From: Octopus sinensis
Lineage: Eukaryota
Assembly (NCBI RefSeq): GCF_006345805.1
Contig: NC_042998.1
Span: forward strand, 38,068,001 to 38,132,000
Direction of reading: 5' to 3'
Length of the DNA: 64,000 nt
The position numbers were made by a program, and so were the translations under genes. Shown piece after piece: positions 53,421 to 64,000 of this stretch (its first letter is position 1; the number at the start of each line of letters is the position of its first letter). The notes beneath the pieces are model-generated. The model was given only the letters and a program-made list of their open reading frames with translations, ran no database searches and was not told the DNA's origin.

Positions 53421-54644
53421 ACAAATAAGATGAAATTTCAAAAAATAGCCGAAACTAAATAGACTCTGACTCCCAGCAATACTTACATCTTTCTGCGAAG
53501 CTTAGGCACATTATTCAGTTGATGATGCAGAGTCAGACGTTAAACAAAAATTCTATGGTAATGCTGAGAATATCTTGCGATCAGAATATACAAACACTAT
53601 GAGTGATGCGACGAATCGAACTCGCAAACATTGGAGCTTGAGATATCAAGCATAGAGCGCACCAGCCATTGATTTAATCTAATTTACCAAGAAAGTAACA
53701 TTTGAAGACAGTTGAATTATTGAAATGCTAGAAATCAACGTATCAAAGGAAACGGCAGGTAACGAAGTACGCTTTGCGATTGAGCATAGGCACATATATC
53801 TCATTGACGTTTTTCCAAACATTACTCCTAAAAATGTGCAGTCAAAGTAGATATGCGGCTCTCGCTAGTCAATTAGTGTTCCTCTCGATGCTGAAGAAAA
53901 GAACAGGGCATTTCATAAACCTTCACCAGCCATGCACAAGGAGTAGTGTTATAGAGCACCTACCATCATTTTATTGAAAACATTTTACGTAGTCCTAAGA
54001 AGAATTAAACATTGCCATTGACTGCAGAATATCTGCAGAATGTGAATAAGTGCTGCTCACATTGCTCCCCTCGGATTAATAAGTATATATATATATATAT
54101 ACCAGGATAATATTCGACCTACAGACAGAGCAAATGTTTCCGTGTGCGTTGACCCAATTATAAACATAAAAAATTGTCCCTTCCTCAATTTCAGTCGTTT
54201 TCTGTTCCCTTTTCAATTGAATGCCGCCCTACGTCTATTCCTTTTGCTCCTTCATCCCTTCCTTTCTTTCCTTCTTTTCCCTATAGTTCATCTCTTGTAA
54301 ATCATCTCTTCTCCGCTTCTTATCTTATTCTTATTTTTATGACCTCCCTTCGCTCCCTTTCCCATGCATGGGCCATTCCTTCACTGTTCTACTTCGTCAT
54401 AACCATACATTACCCTGACGAGAGTAGGATTAGCTTTCGAGGTTGCTCAGTTTTTCTCAACCGATCAATGGCGCGATTGATTAAACCTATCAACGATGAA
54501 CCCATAAAGACTACTGGAAACAGCTGCAAGTCAAACTTGCTACAATACAGAAAAATATGTAAAAATCATTATCAGGTTGAGTAAAAAGTAAGCAACGTTT
54601 TAAACCATGAAAACTTTGAACCGGATTTTTGTGCATATATGTAT

Positions 54645-56585
54645 GTACAATTTTGCATTGGTACACAGTATTTTAATACGGCAGTTTCCATTTAGGACAC
54701 ACGTTTTATTAGGGCCACAGTTGCAAGGCCTAGTTTCATTGATATTATTATTTAAGGAGAGATTATCGTTAATATTATTGTAACGTTATTAAAGTTATTA
54801 GAGTTATTAGGAGAGACATTGTTACCTTTTAGATTACGGCCGTTACGTGATAATATAATTTGTGAGATATTGTTGGTGTTAGAGAAACCTATTCTGATAC
54901 GATATATGCCGAAAATTGAGTACCTTGAATTAATGGAGGAGTTCCTTTGTATAACTTATCGAAATAAGAGGGGAAGGTTACTTTTTACTTGTTTTCCGTA
55001 GAGAATAATTAACCAGATATTTTTTATTAGGGTTGCGTTTTTCTCCGCCAGATTTATGATTAAAAAACTTAGGGTTATTTTTAAAGTAGCTTAAAAGGAT
55101 ATAGAAGCATAGTTACTTCTCTTTGATTGCTTATTTTTAGGATTACGAAGGTAAGGAATATGGATATTTTGATGAAATTGGGAATTATTTGGATTATCGA
55201 ATATGGGAGGAACAACGTAAGTACTCTTCTTGTTATTTTGTCTATTACTGTTAATATCGTTATTACTACTGTTATTGTTATTAGTATAGTTATGGCCAAG
55301 TTGGTTAAAATATTTAATTTTGTTCCTTATATCCTGCTTTATATAAAGCTTAGTTATAAAAAATCAGTGTTACTATTGAAAACGGTTTCGTTGGCGGATA
55401 ATTTAGATATTCTGAGGGATATGTTTTTAATCAAATTTGTTGTTATATTGTTATGCTGGTTACTAAAGGTACTGATGTATTTCAGGTTAGTTGAAGGTTT
55501 ATGGTATGGGAAATACAAGGCCGTATTTAAGTTTAGAGTAAGATCGAGGAAGTTAACCTTAGTTCTTTCATCATCAAAGGAAATACTTAGGCCCATATTA
55601 CTAAACAATTTGACTAAATTTCGTTTAACTTTTTGTATTTTTTGATTAGAGGTATTTTCTAGGTAAAGGAGGCAGTCATCGCGATACAAACCACCGCGTA
55701 TATAAGGAAATTGGTCTACTAGTTCAGATAGAATATTAATTCCGACCAAATCCGAAACTTGAGACCAATCGCTACTTCTCATAGGGATATTGAAGCAATC
55801 GGGTTCATCTTTGCCGCTAGGACAACATTAATTTCATTGCGGGTTAGGCCGGCTTTGTTATCTGCGAACCATAGGGCTTTATTAAGGATGATGAGATTGA
55901 TGGGGAAATAATAGCTAGATATCGAAATGGATAAATTTAATGAGTTAGACCATAAATTAAGTTTGAATATTTTCGTAAATGAAGAAATGTATTTATCCAG
56001 AATATTTTTGCTAAATATCCCGATATCGGATCTAGAAGGACATGCAACACGGAGAATAGAATCAATTCGGTATAAATCGAAACCGAAAACATCTGTAAAC
56101 TTCCAATATTTACGAAGCAGTCGCCAAATCCATAACAACACATCTTTATCTTCTTTGTTTTCTACTCTGTTTGAAATTCATTATACACTTGATATTGTTT
56201 TAGATTTATTTGTGCGTGGTGATAAGTGGACGTCACAAAATGTCATTCACCTCTCCAGAAAGACTATTGGACATTATCTGATGGGTTGAATCAATAATTT
56301 ATTAGTTCTATCAGACAGCAGATATAGCATCATATATTTTTAGGTCAGGTGGATAATAAAAGTAAGGAAAGACACAAGGCTAATAGCGTTGGAAATACCG
56401 AGCGCTCATCATGATTTTCTCTTCACCTCTGAATAATGCTGCGCGTTTTCGAATCGTATCAAATTATAAGATAGATTCTTATGTATTCAGTAGGCCTAAA
56501 TTCGGGTGTCTTTTAGATATAAGAGCAACTGCGATGTCATCGATCTTCCGAGTAAACACTGTACTTTTGGTGATTATACTTTGAA
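54645..56585 (-). mobile_element. Penelope-like retroelement, probably Hydra clade (RT - CxCx5C linker - start of GIY-YIG), degenerate
   Basis: LLSDRTN, CPSRSDIGIFSKNILDK, SSYYFPI (motif A), FNIPMRSSDWSQVSDLVG (motif B), GLYRDD (motif C), VNFLDLTL, IWLIILYGKQVKSNL, CNCGPNKTCVLNGNC and NTVYQCKI in the expected order. Confidence 0.82.
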
Positions 56586-56586
56586 A

Positions 56587-56720
56587 GACGTGGCTGCGTG
56601 GTATAAAAATCTGATTTCTAACCACATGGTTCCAGGTTCAGCGCCACTGAGTGGCACTTTCGGCAAGTGAATTCTACTATAGCCTCGGACAGACCAAAAC
56701 CCCTTTACGCGTGAGTGACT
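56587..56720 (+). mobile_element. Family B SINE 5' fragment
   Basis: gacgtggctgcgtggt...aaccacatggttccaggttcagcgccactg...ggcaagtg...tactatagcctcgg. Confidence 0.75.
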
Positions 56721-56759
56721 CTCAGAGCCACAAAGGATTATCGCAGAAAGCTTCTCTCA

Positions 56760-57260
56760 GTGAATGTACATATTCATCAAAGCTAAATTTGCAACCCAAA
56801 GACTAGGCTTTCTCTTCAAGGCCGGAAATTATTTGAGATCTCAACAAATGCTAACAATCCAGAAGACCCCTGGTACGGCCCACAATAGTGTACTGCTTCC
56901 ACATTTAAGACCCTGCTGCTGCTGCTGCGAGAACTGTCATCGGAAATGTATCAAGAGAAGGGTCACTCGGTTGTTTGACATTATATCACCAGCAGACACC
57001 TCCGACCTCATCTATACGCACGATTTTTGCTTTCTCTGTTTTTTCCTCTCTCTATTGTTATGGCCTCTGTACGCTTGTTAATCTTGCACATATTCTTAAA
57101 CATCGTCGGCCGTCTCGTTTTTCCATCATGTTCCTCCCCAGAACATCAATCCTCTAGAGTGTTCTCTCTGTTCACCTCTTGCAGCTGTTGACGAGCGTTA
57201 GTTTAAATGAACATTAGCGACACCAAGCTCACCCGTTGTTGAGGCCTTGCAGATTTCCTT
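56760..57260 (+). mobile_element. CR1-like LINE 3' coding remnant
   Basis: Peptides SVLLPHL..CC and YCYGLC...FLPRTSIL* resemble the CR1 post-RT C-terminus. Confidence 0.55.
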
Positions 57261-57944
57261 CAGATTCAGAATGGAAAACCGATATATGAGTTCAGATAAT
57301 GCGATTCCATATAGTTACGGGATATTTCAAATAGTCACAATTCCTTAGTTATTCTAATACGCAATAACATCGCCAGTGGAAGATTAACCTCGTATTTGAT
57401 TGAATAAAGGGCAAATAGATATGATGTTCTCACATTTCACGTTTTTTTTTATTGGTCTAATTGATTAATCTGAACGAAAAGGTGAATGATTTCAGCTTTC
57501 GCATGACTCAAATATATTGTTTCATAAGCTATTCAACTAAAATCGTAAACAGCCTATGTGTAAATAAAATCAGCATTAATAGTACCGATTCAGAACTGGA
57601 GTGTTTATATTGAAGTACGTTTGTCTCTTACACACAAACAGACAAGGATGATGGCGCTGATGATCGTATTCCTCAATGTGATACCTTTTTTTCTAATCTA
57701 TCCTAATTGGAATTGCTTCAAGTTAAATTGGACAAAATACACTTCTTCTGACAGGCCCCTCTATTGGCGATTTCAGGTCATTAGATGAGAAAACGACTAC
57801 GAATAACATGTGGGGGGTTGAGATTACAGATGAATGTTACGTTTTTTAGTTTTGTATATTTTGGTCAAATTAACTGAAAGTTTATTTTGCAGAATGGTTT
57901 AAGAATAATGATGAGAGCCATGGTGTACGCCAATCATGTCGGCG

Positions 57945-58240
57945 ATGATGATGATGATGATGATGATGACAAGGATGCTGGTGATAAGGATGTGGAGGGG
58001 AGGAAGACATGTAAAACGATGATATTTTTAACTGTACTGATGCAGCAGATTATGATTGTGTTCTTTGTAATTCTGAAATGATGAAGAAATTGATAGCAAT
58101 AACTGTTTATGATGATGATGAATACCATAATTATAACGATGTAATAATGATAATTTGCATGATGATACTTAAATTAACCTCAAAATTAATAGTCATCATT
58201 ATCATTAATATCATTGTCATCATCATCATCATCATCATAA
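57945..58240. repeat. Degenerate (GAT)/(CAT) trinucleotide region
   Basis: Directly visible short triplet runs. Confidence 0.8.
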
Positions 58241-58261
58241 TGCCATATTTCAGATTTTGGT

Positions 58262-58480
58262 AAGGCGGCGGTTTGACAGAATCATTAGCGCACCGGACAA
58301 AGTAGTGAGCGGCTATTTTGTCAGTCTTCACAGTTTGAGTTCAAATTCCGCCACCGCAGTTGATTTTGCTTTTCATCCTTTAGGGGTCGATTAATCAATT
58401 ACCACTCGAGCACTGGGGTCGATGTAATTGACTAGCCCCTCCCCATAATTTCAGGCCTTGTGCTTATAGTACAAATGATA
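58262..58480 (+). mobile_element. tRNA-derived SINE, family A
   Basis: aggcggcggtttgacagaatcattagc...gagttcaaattccgcc...ggggtcgatgtaattgac...aggccttgtgcttatagta. Confidence 0.85.
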
Positions 58481-60069
58481 TTTCATATTCTGATATATAA
58501 AAGTTCGTTTTAGAATTTAATGTGACAATCAGCGCAAAGTCAGTCATAAGGGCGTGCCAAGAGATTTCGATTTGTTGTAATAGTTTCATACAAAGTAAGT
58601 AATATAATGAGAAAGGAAAATGGCGTAATCCTTCTCTAAAATATCTTTTGACAGGATGTAAAGAAACCTTAATATATCAGACAAAACTTGGAACAGAAAA
58701 ATGACAAATACTTGACGATTTGAAGGATGAATATTCTAATGGCAGCGTAGAAAAGCCCTCAATACATTAGAATATTTTTACACAAAAACAATCCCTAATG
58801 TTCCACCCGGGGCAGTATACAAGCATGAGCAACGGTGTATTTACCATGAAACCATACAATACTGCTTCCGCCGGAATTTAAATACGTTGCACACGGAAGT
58901 GGAATTAAATATTGCGGTACTGTATTCTATCTTTTTAAATCATCTTAGGATTGTATAAAATTAATACATAATATTAGTATTATATCCACACATGACCATA
59001 TTTCTCTCTAAACGTCTACCATTGCATCACTTGTGTTTTACTGATCAGCTGTTTCTTCTAAAAGAATCACTGTAGAAATATGATAAAAAATAGTAATGAA
59101 CATTTTAAAGTTAGGGCAATTATATGCCTAACTAATTCTACGACATTTCAGTTCATAACACGCAAATATTCAAAAACTAATTATCGTACAGGAAATCGGC
59201 TTTAGAAAGTTAACTGCTTTGACCGCGAATAAGCAAAACATTTCCACAAAAATTGACGCTTCTTTATTTGTGTTCAGTGCCACCGAAAACAAACTACATC
59301 TATTTTCGATAAGGTAGTGTGATTAAACGGGACAATATCCTTCCATTATGCATCGTGAATGAAACTCTGATATACTTTCTTACGCAAACAAAATGTGAAG
59401 ACGATTTTGTAGAGAAAATGCTAAGCACATCCTGCATAAAAGCATGTCAAAGATACAAAGATCCATCGGTGGAATATGGATAACAAAAACCATATCACAT
59501 CTTAATAACTTCACTGCTCTACTCACAGACTGTATTAATAACGAGCGAGTAAGATGGTTGATTTCTTTTTCTGAAAACTGTAGCCTATCCAGATGGTCAC
59601 TTAGTTAATTACTTACAAGACAAAGTGCACCATTTGTTATTGGTAAAAATATAAAATTGTACCCTGTATACAGAGGCTGGAGGATTCGAAACAGCTGTCC
59701 ATAGTTACACTTTTGGCCTGTTATGTTTACACTTGACCGATATTTTAATGGGAATGTTCCTTGTGTGTATGTTTGTGGATGCATTCAGTAAAAGGGCAAT
59801 TCTGTATATTTATTCCAGGACATTTTTTTTTCTTCTGAATGGCATTGTATATTGTCTATCGACAACGTCATTTAATATAGCGAGGAAGTATCTTGGTGAC
59901 ATTTTTAAACAGTGGATAATCACGAGCGCTCTCTTCCACAGAAATATGACGTAATCTACATTTTCGTTATTTAGTAGCAATCTCCTGTTCTTCGATTAAA
60001 AATGTAGTCTTCAAAGTATGGTGTAATGTGATGTATGTATATACGAATGCGGATTTTGAGACAGTTATT

Positions 60070-60600
60070 ACATCAGGAAGATTGCATCAATGGGTCAGCT
60101 GAGCTACTGGGAGAGACTGAAAGAAATACAACTCTACTACCTGGAGAGAAGATGTGAGAGATATGCAGTGATATACGTGTGGAAGATCCTGGAGAGGTTG
60201 GTACCAAACTTTGGTATCGAGAGCTCTACCAGTTCTCGAAGAGGACGTCACTGCGCTGTTCCAAATGTTCTAGCCATCTCATCTAGTGCTAAGACCATGT
60301 ACTGCAATACTTTGCAATTAATGGGCCCACAGCTATTTAACACATTGCCAAAGCATATAAGAGAGATCTGCATGGGCTGAGTGTAGATGCTTTCAAGAAA
60401 CAACTTGACCTCCTGCTGTCCAATGTCACAGAGGAGCCTATATCACGGCAAGAAAATAAAAAGAGCGCTGCAATATTGAAAACCCTCCTTCACCGAAGGC
60501 AAATCACATACGAATGACCATTGAAAAGGTGATAACACTAGCAATGCTCCAGCATGGTCATAGCCCGTGGGCTGAAGCACAAAGAAGAATAAAAGATTAT
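60070..60600 (+). mobile_element. CR1-clade LINE 3' fragment
   Basis: LSYWERLKEIQLYYLERRCERYAVIYVWKILERLVPNFGI..RRGRHCAVP; tail gcaatgctccagcatgg...gctgaagcacaaagaagaataaaag. Confidence 0.88.
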
Positions 60601-60605
60601 TTATA

Positions 60606-60782
60606 TAAAAGCACCCACTACACTCTCGGAGTGGTTGGCGTTAGGAAGGGCATCCAGCTGTAGAAACTCTGCCATATCAAGACTGGAGCCTGGTGCAGCC
60701 ATCTGGTTCGCCAGCCCTCAGTCAAACCGCCCAACCCATGCTAGCATGGAAAGCGGACGTTAAACGATGATGGTGATGATGG
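60606..60782 (+). mobile_element. SINE 3' half with (GAT)n tail, family C
   Basis: ggagtggttggcgttaggaagggcatccagctgtagaaac...catgctagcatggaaagcggacgttaaacgatgatg. Confidence 0.75.
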
Positions 60783-60784
60783 TA

Positions 60785-61320
<536 letters not shown>

Positions 61321-62039
61321 ATATATATATATATATATATATACTACTACTATCAATTCGAACGAGCCACCTGTGTAATAAGCGTGTGTTAGTGTTGAGA
61401 TCACTTTTATTAGCGTAAGTGAAACCGGTTAGGTTTATATTTTGTTGCATTTATTGTGTAGCGGCAATATATAAGTCATTTAATATTTATACAGAGGAAT
61501 GCAATGCTTCTGCTTAGAAGAGACCCTCTTCCCGATCTACTAGCTAGTTTTTTAGAAGCAGTTATTCCAACAGACGCTTCTGTTGTTACTGCAACCGCAG
61601 AACGCCAATTATTGCTTTACTTACCGAGGAAATAATTACGTAGGAACATTTGCCGGATATGTTAGCTTTCAATGTTGCGCATGTTATGAGTAATTTACCG
61701 TCAAATTCCAAAGAAAGACAAAATGTTTGTTTAAAAAAAAATTGGCATTGAAAGAAGAAGAGAGGAAACGCATGATCATTAGTCTGTTGAAAAGCAGCAA
61801 TATTACTTAACATTCATACGCATTCATTGAATCGTAAATATCACCCCTGTAATTAGATGTAAAAGGATACGTTGGATATATCACGTTATTGTAAATATAA
61901 ATGGATGTGCGTGTGCGTGTGTGCGTGTGTGCGTGTGTGCGTATGTGTGTGTGTGTATACGGAAACGCATTTTGTTTTGCTAAAATTACGAAAGAACTTA
62001 ATACACACATATACACATGCAATCAAACGTTACATTGTG

Positions 62040-62277
<238 letters not shown>

Positions 62278-62590
62278 TACAGGGTGCGGCGAATATATTG
62301 TCGTCTGAATTAACTAAAAATAAAAATAATACACTCTCATTTTAACAGATATTTTCACAGATATATTCGTCTTCGAGCTTCCGTCTACAGTGCTAAGCAG
62401 TACAGCATGTCATTTCCAAATTTCTGGATATGTGAATAGCGACATGGTGCTGTTTTTCTCACAGACGGTGCCCAACTGACCCTACAAAATTGTGCAGTCG
62501 ACGTCGACAATATCAAACAATAACAATATGCGTGCACAAAATTAAAAATATAAAACCGCGAAAATTTACCCATCGAGAACTCAAATACGT
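62278..62590 (-). mobile_element. maT-family MITE-like deletion derivative (~310 bp)
   Basis: Joins the reverse complement of the 3' end (41400-41467) to the reverse complement of the 5' end (40640-40800) of the copy at 40611. Confidence 0.75.
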
Positions 62591-63082
62591 GAACAAACAA
62601 AACTTTAAAACACCCCCAAAAGTGATTTTCTTTCTGACTCCCCAAGAAATTCCTTCTAATATTTCTAATATTTGATAAAATGGATACATCGAAACCGTTT
62701 GTGTTTTATTAAGCATTCTCTAAAATATACTAATGTTCTTTTTTTTTTTTAGATATTTCTGCCAATTTTCATGGGCAACAACCGTTGATTTCCCTAATTT
62801 ACTTATTACTTAATTGCCGGACAGCGTCGGTTAAAATCCTCTTGTAAGAGAATGTACGTGTGTGTGCGTGCGTGTGCGTGTGTGTATGTGTGTGTGTGTG
62901 TGTTTGTGTTTGTGTGTGCGTGTGTGTGTGTGTGCGTGTGCGTTTGCGCACGTGTGTGTGTGTGTGTGTGTGGCTGAATAGAAAAAGAACTCACAAGCAC
63001 ATGTTCTAATACATGTATATTCCAAAACGTTGGAAAATAAAACCCTAAATCTTATCCACACCTCCTCATTATTCTGGTTATA

Positions 63083-64000
63083 TACAGGATGCGGTGAATA
63101 AACTCTCGTCCAAATTACACAAAAAGACTATTGAAAAGGTTGCAAGATGCAACGAAAATTTTAGAAAAATAAAAATAAGAAATAAGTGGAAATTTTACCG
63201 GTGAGTGTTAAATTATAAGGCACTAAAAGAGAATGACTATCCCCAGACACAGCAGAATATGCTTCAAAACACGAACTCACATAAAGAATCTTGCAAACCT
63301 AATCAAAAAAACGAAATAAGAAAATAAGACTGACATCTCATTTTAACAGATATATTTACCAAAATTACATTAAAATATCTTGAAATACTAAAGAGTAAAT
63401 CTATTCAATAAAATCGACATTGGCTTCAACCACGGCCGCCAAATGACTTCGGAATTTCCTGCAACTCTTCTATTTAAGAGTTGCAGGAAATCTTGTTTAA
63501 GTTGGTGAATGCTTCCATAATCCTTGCCTTCAGTTCATCATTGGTGTTACAAGGAGTTTTTTGGTCTCTCGCTCAACTGTGCCCCACACATAATAATGAA
63601 TCGGGTTGCAGTCAGGGGAGCTAGGTGGCCAGATGTTAGGGGTGACGTAGTCGCAGAAATTGTCTGCTTGCGTGGAATGGTGCAGAGTCCTGTTGTAAGA
63701 TACACGGTCTTCCAGCGGCCAATCTCTTGACAAAGGGCAGCACTACCTCCTCCAGGCTCTTGATGTAGGCTTCCGTATTGAGTCTGTGGCCGTGTGGGCA
63801 GGTGAATAGAGGCATAACTTCATCATCACTAGGGATTACTCCAAACATCCTGATGTTGAGCGGATGTTTGGTTTTTATCACTCTCAGTACATGTTTGTAT
63901 TGGAGCTTCGGGCGCTTCGTACTAAAGCTTCCGCAACGAATGCCAAGCAGTACAGCATGTCGTTTCAAAATTTCTGGCCGAGTGAATTGCGTCGTGGGGC
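63083..64000 (-). mobile_element. maT/DD37D Tc1-mariner element running off the window end
   Basis: 3' TIR tacaggatgcggtgaata; peptides MFGVIPSDDEVMPLF, LQQDSAPFH and WPPSSPDCNPIHYYVWG; a ~190-bp extra segment interrupts the 3' UTR. Confidence 0.88.

Overview
AT-rich, microsatellite-dense eukaryotic DNA. The SINE families, LINE families and simple-repeat load strongly resemble a coleoid cephalopod (Octopus-like); this is inferred, not proven. Almost all short ORFs in the track are microsatellite artefacts. The window is best read as very large introns of an unidentified + strand host gene (four or five small candidate exons with compatible phases, 387-38715) filled with transposon debris: tRNA-derived SINEs of at least five types, RTE and CR1 LINE fragments, Tc1/mariner/maT and hAT remnants, hairpin MITEs, a Helentron-type HINE and several Penelope-like (PLE) remnants, including a probable Hydra-clade element at 54.6-56.6 kb. 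The dominant structure is a ~9.3-kb pile-up (43.2-52.5 kb) of R4/Dong-clade RLE non-LTR retrotransposons from three distinct families. All lie in the same orientation, each bounded by (ATT)n/(GTT)n tracts, and the pile-up includes a ~340-bp putative non-autonomous (SIDE-like) derivative. A near-canonical minimal type-I hammerhead ribozyme sits at 4508-4542 in a short element flanked by microsatellites, and several degenerate hammerhead-like motifs occur elsewhere. No rRNA, genuine tRNA or CRISPR array was seen.
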